A DNA stretch of 64,000 bases from contig CM119267.1 in the NCBI GenBank assembly GCA_051294375.1, positions 25,683,293 to 25,747,292 on the forward strand, written 5' to 3'. Made by a program: the position numbers and the translations under genes. The stretch's first letter is position 1; every line of letters begins with the position of its first letter. Source of the DNA: Paraspadella gotoi (taxonomy: Eukaryota > Animalia > Chaetognatha). The notes under the pieces are model-generated. The model did not search any database, was not told the origin of the DNA, and worked only from the letters and a program-made list of their open reading frames with translations. Shown here piece by piece: positions 35,462 through 48,223 of this stretch.

Positions 35462-38400
35462 ATGCATCGATACGGCGGATTTAGTAGCCGTTACAGTGGG
35501 GGGAATACTTTTCGTGGCTCAAGAGGAGCGGGTTATGGTGGATCAAACTTTGCACGAAAAGAGGAAAAAATCTTTTCCCTCGGGGGTCTAGAAACGCCGG
35601 CCGATCCAGCGCTTTCCGCATCCGAAGGAGCGATTTTTTTCAGAGGGAAAATGATCAACCCTTATGAAAATGGACCTGGCGTGAATCGCTTCGTAGAGCA
35701 GCCTCCAAAAGAGCATCATGAACATACCTCGAAACAATTTGGGCAACCTTCGCGAAATTGGAATTGGGAAAGAAAAGAGAAAAGAAAAGAATCAGGATTT
35801 TCGAAGGAGAGAAACATGGATGAGGAAGAGAAGAGACTTAGAAAGATGGAGGAGAAGAGGATTAGAGACTTGGAAGAAAAGAGATTAAAGCGTCGTCTCG
35901 TGGAAGAAGGAAAAATAAAGGAGAACAACAAGGTCCGCAAGATTATAGAAGTTCCGAAGCGGACGGAGGAATGGTGCAAAGCGAAGGACATCTCTAAAAA
36001 GGAGCTTCCAAAGAGAAAGGAGAAAAAGCTGTCGGAGCAAGAGCGGCAATTAGTCACGAGGCGAGAACAGGAGCGGTCCGAGATTAGCAAAGTTCGAGAG
36101 TTACAGAGACCGATGAGCTTGAAGATAATGGAAAATACTATGAAGGCAACAGAAAAGTTGCTACAAGAGAAAGAGAAAAATAAAATTGAAATAAAGGAAT
36201 CTGTGATAAATGTGGCGCAGCAGGACGTGGTCAGCTCGTCTGCTCCTCCGCGTGCGCCGCCCCAGTTTGCGCCTCATCTTTTAACTGGAGCATATCCTTC
36301 GGTGACGTTGCCCTGCCCTCCTTTTTTAGCTCCGAGGGCGCCACCTTTTAATATGATGCCTCCAATGATAGCGCGACCCTTTGGACAGCCCACAAATTCT
36401 ATTTTTGGTCCTCGCGCTCATTTTAGTTATGTTGGTCGAGAGGTCGGAGTCAATAGTCGGGGCTATAATCAAAGAAATGCCAGGGGATTTGTTCACAGTA
36501 TAGGGCGGGGCTTTGTTGGGAGTGGACTCGTCTCCAACGGAACCGGGGAGCGGGTTGCAAAAGCGCGCTCCGTCATCAACGTCACCAAAAAGAAAGCTGC
36601 CAAGAAAAATAACGCAAAGACTGGAGTCGCTCAGACAAGCATAGCTCAAGCGAAAATCGCTCATGCAAACGTTGGCCAGACAAGCGTTGCTAAGGTTTGC
36701 GACGACACGACAATTATCGCTGAGCCCAGTAGTAAAATTTCCGTTAAGGCGCGCGTCCCCAATAAAAGTATCTCGCAGACAAGTTTATCCAAGGTAAGCA
36801 TATCTGACTCTATTACAAACGGTATAGCTTGTAAGACAATCTGCAATGCTGGAACGAACTGCTTTGTTAAGAAGATCTACTCTATTCCTAAGCCTTGCAA
36901 GACAATCAATGACAGTTCTGGAGGTGACAAAACGGGCGGCTCTATTTCGAAGGCTCACGAAGGCAAAACTAGCTATGATTTAGCTGAATCCATGCAAACT
37001 GGCAAAGCTAAACTGCATTTTCCTTGGGCTAAAAGGGGGAATAGAGCGAGAAAAAGACAAACAAAAAGACAACAGAGGATCCAAAAGGTAGTGGGAATTA
37101 AGATCGAGGAGATGGAGAGAGAGAGTTCGTGTCGTCAGGTCTTGGACGAACTCTGCAATAGAGTCGCCCTTACGTTGCACCACCCCGACAAAGAGACGCA
37201 GACCGAAGAATTCCCTGTGAAACAGTTGTCTGAGTTGTTAGAAAAATTCAGGGCGCATTTGAGGAAAACAAGGGAAGAAGAAATAATAATTGAAGAGCGA
37301 TTGAGAAAAGAGAAGGAAGAGAAAAAAGCAAAGGATATAAAGAAAGAAGAACAGAAAAAGGAAAGAGCTGCTATGGAGGAGGTAAAGAAAAAGGAGAAGA
37401 AAACTGAAGAGGCGGAGAGAAAAGAGAAGGAAGCAAAAGAAGAGGCGGAAAGAAAGAAGGAAGCAAAGGAGAAGACGGAAATAAAAGAGGAGGGAAAGGA
37501 GAAAGCAGAAAAAAAGGATAGGCAAGCAAAGGAAGCAGAGAGAAAAGAGGAGAAAGCAAAGGAAGAGGCGGAGAAAAAAGCAAAAGAGGAGGTGGAGAGA
37601 AAAGAGCAAGAAGCAAAGGAGAAGGCGGAGAGAAAAAACAAGGAAGCAAAGGAAGAGGCAGAGAGAAAAAAGGAAGCAAAGGAGGAGGCGGAGAAAAAAG
37701 AGATGGAAGCAAAGGAGGCGGAGAGGAAAGAAAAGGATGCAAAGGAGGAAGCAGAAAAAAAGGATAGGCAAGCAAAGGAAGAGTCAGAGAGAAAACAGAA
37801 GAAAGCAAACGAGGAGAGAAAACAGAAAGAAGCCAAGGAGGAAGCAGAAAAAATGGATAGGCAAGCAAAGGAAGAAGCAGAGACAAAGGAGGAAAAAGCA
37901 AAGGAAGAGGCGAAGAAAAAATTAAAAGAAGCAAAGGAGATAGAGAGAAAAGAGAAGGAAACAAAGGAGGAAGCTGAGAGAAAGGAGATGCAGGAAAAGA
38001 AAGAGGCGGAGAGAAAAGATAAGGAGGCAAAGGAGGAAACGGAGAGAAAAGAGAAGGTAGCAAAGGAGGAGGAGGAGAAAAAAGAGAAGAAGGCGGAGAG
38101 AAAAGAAAAGGGAACAAAGGAGGAAGCGGAGAGAAAGGAGATGCAGGAAAAGAAAGAGGCGGAGAAAAAAGATAAGCAGGCAAAGGAGGAGAGAAAAGAA
38201 TGGGAGGAAAGAAAAGAGGTGGAAGAAAAGGCAGCCAAAGAGGAGACGGGAATTAAGGAGCGGGAATCAAGGGATAAGATAAAAAACGAAGAGAAAGAAA
38301 TATTGAAAACTTTTCAAGTTGAAGCCGGAACTGGGTCGGCCTCCGAGAATGTCGGAACACCACTCATTCACAAAGCTCGCCGCGGACGAAGCGCTCGAGG

Positions 38401-38974
38401 CGGGATCAAACGAGTAACCGTTGACGGCCCAAGACTGCAAGACACTCGAGCAAAACGTAAGACCAGAAGCGGTGCCCTTTCATCTTCCGTCACATCGGAG
38501 AAAAACGAGGAGGTTGGAGAAGATTCCATTTTCCAGGTCACTCCGATCAAAAGGGCTAGAGGGGAGGTAAAATTCGCCCGCGGTGGCCGTGCGGGGGCTA
38601 AACTAACGGAAGTGGGAACGAAGATTGACTCTTTTAATCAAACTTTGGCCCCTGACAATGCTGAAACCAATACAACCATGCAACAAGAGTCGACCGAAGA
38701 GAGAGTAATTACAAATAACGAGGACAACGTTCCCGATCAAATTGCGTCTGTGAAGGTTGAGAATGACGTCATCGATCCAGCGTCGAGAAAAACTTTAACC
38801 GCAAAGAGGGGCGCCTGTGCCCGCCGTGGCTGCAAGACACCTGGGTCGCAGACCGTGATCGTCAAGGTCGAAAACGAGGGATTGCCCGACAAATCCTCTC
38901 CCGCGATAACGGCGGGAAAGTCTCCCGTCCTTTGCGTCGTTTTAGAAGATTTCATGAAAGAAATAAAAAAATAA
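35462..38974 (+). CDS. 1170-aa intronless low-complexity protein with K/E/A tandem repeats
   Basis: Uninterrupted 3.5-kb ORF: RG-rich N-terminus, Pro-rich segment, ~11-aa KEAKEEAERKE repeats (~37300-38250), RGG and VKVE motifs. No recognised globular domain. Confidence 0.7.
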   Translation: MHRYGGFSSRYSGGNTFRGSRGAGYGGSNFARKEEKIFSLGGLETPADPALSASEGAIFFRGKMINPYENGPGVNRFVEQPPKEHHEHTSKQFGQPSRNWNWERKEKRKESGFSKERNMDEEEKRLRKMEEKRIRDLEEKRLKRRLVEEGKIKENNKVRKIIEVPKRTEEWCKAKDISKKELPKRKEKKLSEQERQLVTRREQERSEISKVRELQRPMSLKIMENTMKATEKLLQEKEKNKIEIKESVINVAQQDVVSSSAPPRAPPQFAPHLLTGAYPSVTLPCPPFLAPRAPPFNMMPPMIARPFGQPTNSIFGPRAHFSYVGREVGVNSRGYNQRNARGFVHSIGRGFVGSGLVSNGTGERVAKARSVINVTKKKAAKKNNAKTGVAQTSIAQAKIAHANVGQTSVAKVCDDTTIIAEPSSKISVKARVPNKSISQTSLSKVSISDSITNGIACKTICNAGTNCFVKKIYSIPKPCKTINDSSGGDKTGGSISKAHEGKTSYDLAESMQTGKAKLHFPWAKRGNRARKRQTKRQQRIQKVVGIKIEEMERESSCRQVLDELCNRVALTLHHPDKETQTEEFPVKQLSELLEKFRAHLRKTREEEIIIEERLRKEKEEKKAKDIKKEEQKKERAAMEEVKKKEKKTEEAERKEKEAKEEAERKKEAKEKTEIKEEGKEKAEKKDRQAKEAERKEEKAKEEAEKKAKEEVERKEQEAKEKAERKNKEAKEEAERKKEAKEEAEKKEMEAKEAERKEKDAKEEAEKKDRQAKEESERKQKKANEERKQKEAKEEAEKMDRQAKEEAETKEEKAKEEAKKKLKEAKEIERKEKETKEEAERKEMQEKKEAERKDKEAKEETERKEKVAKEEEEKKEKKAERKEKGTKEEAERKEMQEKKEAEKKDKQAKEERKEWEERKEVEEKAAKEETGIKERESRDKIKNEEKEILKTFQVEAGTGSASENVGTPLIHKARRGRSARGGIKRVTVDGPRLQDTRAKRKTRSGALSSSVTSEKNEEVGEDSIFQVTPIKRARGEVKFARGGRAGAKLTEVGTKIDSFNQTLAPDNAETNTTMQQESTEERVITNNEDNVPDQIASVKVENDVIDPASRKTLTAKRGACARRGCKTPGSQTVIVKVENEGLPDKSSPAITAGKSPVLCVVLEDFMKEIKK

Positions 38975-41111
38975 TAGTACCAGTAGTTAGTGTTATGTCT
39001 CGAATAGATGAAAAAAAAAACTCGTTTAAAAATTCGATCAGGAAGTGGGGTAACTAAGGCTTACCAATGACATCCTCCACGCCGATCATTCTCTTTAATA
39101 ATTTTTTTTATTTAATACATTTGAAAGGGGAAAAAATAAAATTCGGAATGCAGGTTACAGAAAGGGTACAGCTAATCTGGATATACTGAGCACTGAATGC
39201 GATTAGGAGGTGGAGGCACGTCGGGGGGCAGGGACAAGATTTATTGGTGTACGAGGGAGCGCATGTTTGGGATATGTGATGGATTGAGTTAACGAGTATA
39301 TGAGAAAAATATTTTGTTATATTATTCGGAACAGAATAGTAAAATAAATAAGTTTTTGTAGTAATATTCCTAGTAAATTTTAAAATAATTTTTTTAAAAC
39401 TTAATTAAAGATTCAGATTTTTCATAAAAAGTTGAATCAAAAATATAAAACATGTTATCAAAATTCTGTCATCTTCATGTTTTAAAATAAGAAAAAGGTG
39501 AAATTCCTGACTTTTTTATTCTCTGTAGTAGAAACTTATATAGTTAAAACGTTTAATCATTAAACATTAAAATATCATATAACATATTTTATAAAACGTT
39601 TTTTTAGTTTTTTAGAGCGAATCCAAATCAGTTCTAAAAGTAAAAAAAAATTTTGAAATTTGACGATTTGACGATATTATTACATAAATAATTGAATTTG
39701 TTATCTGTTATGCTAAAAAAATTTTAAAAAGGATTAAAATTCATTAATTATATGTCCATAGGCAGCAAAAAAATAATGTTCAATCACTCAATCTTTTCAT
39801 CACTCCACACCTAATAATCATGACCTTTTATGTCTTGTGAAATGGGGGCAGTAAAGAAACCTAAAAAATTTGATCATTAAGTCAGTCAATGAAACTTTCC
39901 AATGGGCTATTCCGCGAATTTTTTTCTTAATTAAATGGATAGATCTAAGTATAGAATAAATTCCTTGTATAAAGGTTGTTATATTTAAAAGAAAATATCA
40001 CTACAAATAAACACAATGTCTTGCTTTGTCAAATATGTCGTCAGCTATGTAATTTTGAAAAATTTTATTATGAAAAACAAGCAGTGTCAAGCTTTTTGTT
40101 TGCAGTTAAAGATAATGCACAGTCAAGACTGTTTATATCAATCTGAAAATATTTTTGTATTTATCATTTTTCATATTTAAAAAAACATTTTATCCAGCGA
40201 CTTCATGAATTTTTGCTTATTTTTTACATTAACTGAAAAATACAAGCAAATTTATGGAGTAGAGAAAATTTAATGGTAATCAAAATGTAATTTTTCAAAT
40301 TATGAAAGAAAAAAAATGTTATATACCTTCATTAAAATTTTTAATCCAAAAAACTGTTACTTTTAACTCCGATTTAAATAAAAACTGTGTAAAGATTTAT
40401 GGATAAAATTTAATAAAACTATTTTAGAAAGGTGTCCCATGATTAGGGCTTTAATTTGATACTTCGCCCACATTCCTACCTCTTTTCTTTCAAAAGTTAT
40501 TCAAGAAAAGAACTTTTTTTACTGTTAGAGAACTAAGGATTTAAACTATGCAATACAAATCTTTGTTAAATAAAAATTTTGGCAAAGCGGGAGTATCTCA
40601 ATTTATCCTATTAGTACAATACCTAAATTTTAAAATAAAACCTAAAGAAAATTTTCCATCCTCTAGAGACATATCACTTTCAGGTGTACCCATCGTCTTA
40701 CACATTTATGGATTATGCTGGAAGAAATCAGCAAAACGTTTTCTCTTTTTTTTAAATAGTTTGTACTTGCGCGTCAGAAATCTAAGAAGAAACTCGAAAA
40801 TTTTATTCTGTCAAATTTTGCCTTTCAAGGCTGACGTTTATGGCTATATCTCGGAATCCATGGTAGGAATTTAAAAACGGTTTTTTGCAAGTGAATATTG
40901 ATATCATCCTCCAGGGACCCCGATAAAAATATATAAAAAAATAAACTAATATTGGCTCTCGAGTGAGGTATCTAAATGCGACCTCATCTATCTGAAATAA
41001 AAGATAAAGACGATTCAGTAGCTGGAGTTAAGGAGAAAATACCATTAAATACTTTAGTTAGTTTCGAATATTAATATTTTAAATTTAAAATTAAATTATA
41101 AAATTAACCGA

Positions 41112-41215
41112 TTTTAACGGTTAACCGTTAAAAACGTTAGTTTTAACGGTTAACCGTTAAAAACGTTAGTTTTAACGGTTAACCATTAAAAACGTTAGTT
41201 TTAACGGTTAAGCGA
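41112..41215. repeat. Short tandem repeat (~30 bp) containing palindrome TTAACGGTTAACCGTTAA
   Basis: 3-4 units read directly. Confidence 0.8.
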
Positions 41216-41284
41216 AGTTCCTCAAAAATTAACGGTTAACGGAACCCTAGTATTTACTGTAAATTTTTTTTTGAAAAAAAATTT

Positions 41285-41294
41285 NNNNNNNNNN
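41285..41294. other. Assembly gap
   Basis: Run of 10 N. About 50 bp after the gap resembles 40927-40975. Confidence 0.98.
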
Positions 41295-41847
41295 AAAATA
41301 TATTAAAAAAATAAACTGATATTCGCTCTCGAGTGAGGTATCTAGCTTTAGAGATTTTTAATCCCTAAGATCTTCACGGAAAACTTTCTTCACTCGTTAT
41401 TAATTTTTTTTTGTAATGGAACTTGTAAAGTGACGTTTTATAATTACGGCGAAATTAAAGAGTAAAAGACCTTTGCTAGTTCTCTTCACATACACTTGTT
41501 TTTTATGTAATACGTACGTAGGATGTTGAATTTGTTGATCGATCCAAGTCTTAACTTTTCAGACTGAAGACAAAGTAGCAATTGCTCATTCCAGGAAAGA
41601 ACTTTGGTTAGCCTTTACTGCTATATTTTTTTTTTACAAATTAGTCCATTAGTCAATCATGCTCCCAGCTCAGTCCATTTTCGTATAGTCAATGCTTAGC
41701 TATGATATTTTAAAGTACTCTTCGCCAAACGCTATATGCCTTAAGCGGTTAATCGTCAACGTATCATTTTCGTTTCTTTGTTAATTTATTCATGTATTTG
41801 CGATGAATATTGTAATATAGATTTTGTTGAAAGCAGAGAAATGCAAA

Positions 41848-43546
41848 ATGTCCATCCACGAGCTGTTCTCCCGCATCGAATCCGTGCTGTCCAAGGAGAG
41901 GATTTTGACGAGGGTCTGCATGAGTCTCGACCTTGGACAAAACCGCATCATAATTGAGCCGCTAAAGACTTGGCAGCCAGAGACCCAAACGGAATGGAGG
42001 AAAGTATTTGAGGTGGAAATGGATGAGACGAACGGATTCGTGCCAAGACCCGACATTCCTAACTGGCTGCACTCTCGACTCGACGAAGACGTCGTCGCCA
42101 CCAAAAAAAATCTTCAGGAAGAAATGAAATGTTTTGAGAAGGACGCGATGGACGATGGGTGAGTTAAATCTTTCTTAGAATTTTTTGAATCTGGACTCTA
42201 ATAACCTTGTTTTTTGTTCGGCTGTGACCAGTATAAAAATTTGTTGGTTTTTCGTTTCCCTGAAGCTTTTCATTTAATACTCATAATAACCATTTAATAA
42301 TCTTTTTATTTTTCAGACTGCCGGCAGAATCAGTCCCGCCGGAACCTTTTCCATTCATCTTCGCTCCGCCGGACGGATCCGGTCTCGACCACGCCTCTTT
42401 TTCAGAAAGCCCTAGTTTCCTCCAAGACGCTGCCTCAGACATTTCACCCGCCATTTCCGCTCCCTCAGTCTCCCCTTCTGTCCCCATTCTCAAATGCAGC
42501 GTCTGTTACAAGATCTATCACTCCACCGTCGGCCTTCAGCGCCACGTCGCTCAGGAACACGGCGATGATGGAAAAGGGCCCTTCGTGTGTAGCCACTGCG
42601 GCCGCTCCTACCAATGGCGCGACAGCTTGAAGAGGCACGTCAAACTGGAGCACTCGAGCGGATCCGCGACCGGCTTCAAATGCGAGGTTTGCGGAAAAAA
42701 CTACCATTGGCGAGACAGTCTGGTCCGACATTGCAAAGACGAACATCCAGAGTCGACGACGACAACGAAGACCAACGGTGGAGGCTGCGCGGACGGAGGT
42801 AAAACAACTCCTAAGCCGGGCGTGAAGAGGAAGGCTGGGTCCAAACCCGGCCACGACACATCCGACGAATCTGTCTCTAGAACTCATGAACCCCGCGAAA
42901 CCCCGCAGGAAGCGAAACTCCACAACCGTCGTCGCGGGACTCCAAATCGCCAACGTCGCCTTTCCCCGACAACGACGACGCCGACGACGACGCTGAGCGG
43001 AGAAAAACGATCACCAAACTCGACGTCAAAGACGCCGACGACGAAGACGTCGAATTTCGAAGAATCGACGAGCCATCGGAATTGAGTGCTGACGATCACT
43101 CTGTTCCATTTAAAATCCAAACCCTAGACGCATTCAGTTCTTCACTCCCGCCTTCGTCGCGTCCAGACTCTCTCTCCTTCGACGAAGATCCAACTCCTGA
43201 ATCGCGAGATAACGCGGATCGAGCGTCGCCGGGCAACGCCTCCCTGAGGCCGCTCAACGTTGCCAAGAGACGAATCCCGGCTACCGTCGCTTTGAATCCC
43301 ATCCTCAAGTCTGTGCCAGTCGCCGAAAGAGTTCACAGGGGGAGCAGAGCCGACCAATTTAAAAAGAGATACGTTCTCAAAAACGGAAAAGTCTTCTGCT
43401 CTTCTTGTCAGAAATTTTTAAGCTGCAGCAACTGGCACAAGCATGAGGATTCGATCCACATGCGGATCATCTATCAGTGCGACAAGTGTGATAAAAACTT
43501 TAAATGGAAAAATAATCTTATGCGTCATCAAGAAGTTTATCATTAA
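41848..43546 (+). CDS. C2H2 zinc-finger protein (3+2 fingers)
   Basis: Exons ~41848-42158, 42317-42798, 42909-43546. The second intron is inferred to restore frame. Fingers CSVC, CSHC, CEVC, CSSC, CDKC. Confidence 0.75.
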
Positions 43547-44070
43547 AAACAATCCCCAAAAGTCATATTCTCCCGTCGCTTGGCCTTATTGACTTAACAT
43601 CGTTGTTGACTTATCACTTGCACTGACTTTTCAGAATTTCGGAATTAACGTGACATAATTTGGATTTTTTTTTCGCATGTTTTGACTGTGAACGCTATTT
43701 TGACTCCCACGACTGATTCACATTTAGAATTACATTCATTTTTCAAATTGATGCCTTTTTTCTTTTTTTTTTTTGTTCGATCTCGTAACTCGATGATCAT
43801 TTTTATGTCAACTTTAGCTGTAATGAGACGGAAAAATTGCCGCTCATAAAGTGACTCATTCTTAATAAGACCTTTTCTCATTTACGTGTTATTATTGTCA
43901 GCGTCTTCGTTCCTATTTCACTTTTTTTAAGTTAGTACTCTTTCAAAAGTTTGTTAACGTAAATAAAAATTGGCGTCAATTGTCATTCATGATTCATCAT
44001 TGATATAACAAAAAGCAGCAAACTGAGTCTTAATCAATAGACAATATCACTTAAAGTTTGCAAATTAAAA

Positions 44071-44295
44071 ATGACTTGGCAGTGGAAGGAGCTGCGAGTG
44101 ATTCCGATCTTTGCGGGTCTCATAGCATTTTGCCATTATGGATGGTTCAAGTTGCAGTTCAACGAGAAACTCACGCCGAAAGAAAACCAAAGAACGGAAT
44201 TCTTAGGTTACAATTTCGAACATTTACAACCCAAGAGAAAAATTAAAGAGGATTCGGCGACGTCTCAAGAAATTAATCAGATTTCAAAGACTTGA
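44071..44295 (+). CDS. 74-aa predicted single-pass membrane protein
   Basis: ATG in AAAATG context; hydrophobic VIPIFAGLIAFCHYGWF followed by a polar tail. Confidence 0.55.
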   Translation: MTWQWKELRVIPIFAGLIAFCHYGWFKLQFNEKLTPKENQRTEFLGYNFEHLQPKRKIKEDSATSQEINQISKT

Positions 44296-44444
44296 TAATC
44301 GGACAAATTTTAAAGCTGGTGGACGTTGCTGATGTTTTAATCTTGTTTGTTATTAGAACAGAAATTGCCTCAAATATTTTTTGCAACTCGAAGATTATTT
44401 GGCAATTTGAATTTCTTAGGCACTCTTTCTTAATAAAAAACAAT

Positions 44445-46203
44445 ATGACGGAGCTCAGAGATCCAGAAGAATTGTACCGTCAATTCGATCATTGGACAAT
44501 GTTCGTTGACGAGAGCATGATGCATTATGAGCATTTGCAAGAAAAATGTGGTAATTACGAAGAGAAGTTGCGGAAAAGTAGAGACGAGAACGAAAGTGAA
44601 AGAAAGTTAGAAGATACCTTTATCAAAGCAACGGAACGTCTTAATTCAACGGCGAAAAAGGTAAGGTACATGCTCGCATTAAAAATTTTCGACTTAAGAA
44701 TCGTTGAAATTTTATTGAAAAATTATCAAGGCTGCCGAGGACCACTTTCGCTTGTTGGAATTAGAAGAGCTTCATGAATCTGTACAGTCGCAACTGCAGA
44801 GAGCCAACGAATCAATCACAGAATTGAAAAGAGAATCCGCAAAAAGGGAGAGAGAATTCGAGATATGTTTAAAAAAAGAAAAGGAAGATCGCGAGAAGGA
44901 ATTGAGTGGAATCCAAGCAGAATGGCGGAAGCAATTACTGGTTAAGTTTTATAATTTTTAAAATTGATCAATCTGTCGATCAATAGATAAATCATGATTG
45001 CAGGATCTGAAGAACGACTCGGTGAAAGAGAAGGCGGCTCACGAAATTCTTGTTGCAGAAATGAAGGATTCTTTTTTAGAAGAGAAGGCGAAGATGATAT
45101 CAGACTTTCAATCGGAACTACGAAGAGAAATGAACCAAGTAGAAGAACGGCTGAAGAAGGAGAATGACCTTCGATTGCAGGATTTCATTCATCGATTGGA
45201 AACGAAAAACAAAAATGAGGTTTGTACAATGTACATTGTATTATGTACATTGTACAATTTGTACACGCATCATCTTAAATTTTAGATACTTTTTTCTAGG
45301 AGTGGATGCTTTACAAGAACGAACAACGTAAGGTCGCTTGGGAAAAAGAAAAAGCTAAATATCTCAAAGAAATCGACGAGCTCAAGGTAGTGTGTAAATT
45401 AAATTATGAGTCTTGAGACACGAGTATCTCTTCAATTTATTTTAAAGTAAAAAAGACCATTCTGTTTAAAGTTTTTACCATTTTCATTATTGCTGAAAAA
45501 ATTTACAAAAGACTGAAAAGTTAAAAACTTAAAATTTTTCCAATTTAGCCTGATTCTTTTTTTTTTTTTTTTTTTTTTGTAAGAAAGGGAAAGAAAACCA
45601 TGTATAAAAATGTATAAAAATATATATTGTAACTTTTTTACAGATGTTAAAAATGTTTTTTTCTCAGTCTCAAGCTGAACCTCCGAGCAAAAGAAAAGCG
45701 AATAGAAACGGGCGCTCAGTGCAGGATAAACGTGTTTCATGGAACGAAAATCTGGTTTCAAAAGGAATTTTAAAAAAAAATTCAATGTTGGAGTCTTCGG
45801 AAGGTATAAATTTTAAGTACTATGTAATTAAAATATCTGTGACTAAAGTGTAATTTTTTCATTAAAAGAAAACAAATGAATTACGTTGGCCAATAGTGCA
45901 AAAATCGTGGAAAAGTCCGTTATGCTCTAAACAGGAAACAAACTTGGGTCTCTAATAAAACATTATTTTATTCTACTTTTTTCTCAAGGTTCGTGGAAAA
46001 CTGACGATGAGAAAAACGAGGCTTTCGCTGGGCCACTCGATCCTAAGTTCAGCGTAAAAAGAAATGAAGGCGACGACGACGATTTTCTCCAATCGATTAA
46101 AACTCACAAAGCCATCGGACGGTCGGGCCCGATTCCCGCGCTCGACGGTCATCGTCGACCCAAAGCCGCCAAGGCCAGGGTCGATCAATCCGACTTGTCA
46201 TGA
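44445..46203 (+). CDS. Coiled-coil protein of unknown identity
   Basis: Six in-frame exons 44445-44660, 44731-44940, 45004-45219, 45300-45386, 45668-45803, 45989-46203 with GT-AG introns. E/K-rich heptads and a KRVSW (PP1-docking-like) motif. Confidence 0.7.
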
Positions 46204-47684
46204 TTCTCTTTTATCAATCAACTGACAAGTTTGAGCAAACAATGCCGGATCTGCCCACGATCATTAGAGGTAAGCAGCTGATCAGATAATTAACTAATTA
46301 ATATTATTTTTTTATCGAGCCAGACGGGGCAAAGCCCGTCCTGGCTAGATTTTGTTTCGGTTTAGCTTTCGTTCACGCTTTTTTGAAATCATGGCTATTG
46401 AAAGTGTGATATCATAGGGAGTTAAAATTTTATGTATGTCTTCTAATCATCAAGTTTTTAATAATTCAATATTCGTATTTGTTTATGTTTTATTTACCAA
46501 AACAAAAACGTTTTAATTATATCGCTTTCTTTTTTTTATAATTATATGTCGCTCTTTTTCTCCGTCACTGCTTCTTCTGATTTGTCTAAGAACGAGTTCC
46601 GGCCTCTGGTTGAACTCTGACCAAAACCAAAATAGCTAGACACAGCCTGAATACGAGATAAAAATATCCAAATTTTTTGGACAGATTGCTAAAAAAAATA
46701 GCTAGATTTTTATTAACTTGTTATTTTACATAAGAAATTATCGTCTATAAAGCAAAATAGCATGATTTTGTTTACTATTTTAATCTATGAAAGTACACAG
46801 AAAACAAATATAACACATTATTCACGTTCAGCATGCAAGTTTTACAAAAGTAAGAACAGTCAGTGAGTGATAAAAACGCGTTTTTAAAAAATTAAAAGTT
46901 TTGGGTCTTTTTGTGATCATACATTGACTGATTGAAGTTATCCATCATAAGTGGAAGTGGCTTAAAGATAGCATAGGACTGGCCAATGGCCATTAGAGTG
47001 GAGCACTTGGGAACATAAATCTTATTTGAGTGCACAAACAAGGATATTTAGATGTGAGATCGTATGATTAAAGAGTACAAAAAATATTTTACTTGTATTG
47101 TTTGGGGAACAGTATCATTAATTACAATATATTTATAGTAATATCCTTAGAAAATAATAAATTTTCAAAATAATTTTTTATTAAAAATTTCAATACTTTC
47201 AGTATCAAAAATGGAAAAAATGTATCCTACTTTTTTATGCTCTGTAGTAGAAACTATTATATGATGAAACGTTTTAGTCATTTTTCGCAGCTTTAACCTA
47301 AAAATATTATAAAACATATTTTACAAAAGTTTTTCAGTTTTTTGCAGCGTATCCAAAACAGTTCTTAAAATTGAAAAAAATATGATTTTTAAATTTTATG
47401 ATTTTATAGGGATATTACTATAAATAAAATTCAATTAATGATACTTTTATGCAAAATTTAATTGAAAAGGGGCTTAATTATTTTCTATTACATATACATT
47501 GGCAGCCAAAAAACATTGTTCCATCGCTCAATCTTTTCATCACTCCACCCTACTGCCATTCCCCCTCAGACCTTCGCGTATCAATAAGATAGCCTCTACT
47601 TCTGAAATAGCAAGCGAGTTGCGTTGTTTATTTTTAACGACGCCCATGATGCTAAAAATTCTTTCAACAGTAGCATTGGAAATA

Positions 47685-48223
47685 CATGGTGACAATTTTA
47701 CAAGCGCCGGTATAAAAAGGCTGTCATTTTCAAACCACTGGTTATTTCATTAATTTAAAAAATTAGTTGAGTAGATCATATTAAAGTAATTTATGTGTTC
47801 ACATTTTATATTGATCAGTTAAGATATGCCTTGACAATGAGTGGAGAAAGTTGGCTTGTAAAATCGGGTTTCATTTTCCAACTCACTGTTTTTAAATTCA
47901 ATTTTTTTTTTACTTTCAGCACTTTTTTAAACAAAGTATATATATATATTACAGTATTTGTAAGTACGTCATTCTTTTTAGATTTAAAAGGGCTTTCAGA
48001 AGATAATAAAATTTTTTTTTTTTCAAATTTTTTTAGAAAACTTACTGAAAGTAAGAGAAAAAAATTGAAAAAAAGTGAGTTGGAAAATGAAACCCGATTT
48101 TACAATTTGAACAAATAAATTACTTTAATATGATCTACTTAATTAATTTTTAAAATCAATGAAATAACCACTGGTTTGTAAATGACAGCGTTTTTTTCCC
48201 GCGCTTGTAAAATTGTCACCATG
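47685..48223. mobile_element. MITE with ~115-bp TIRs and TA flanks
   Basis: TA-CATGGTGACAATTTTACAAGCG...CGCTTGTAAAATTGTCACCATG-TA. Confidence 0.88.

Noticed and set aside
37135-38238. Long minus-strand S/F/P/L-rich ORFs
   Set aside because: Antisense shadows of the purine-rich K/E repeat ORF.
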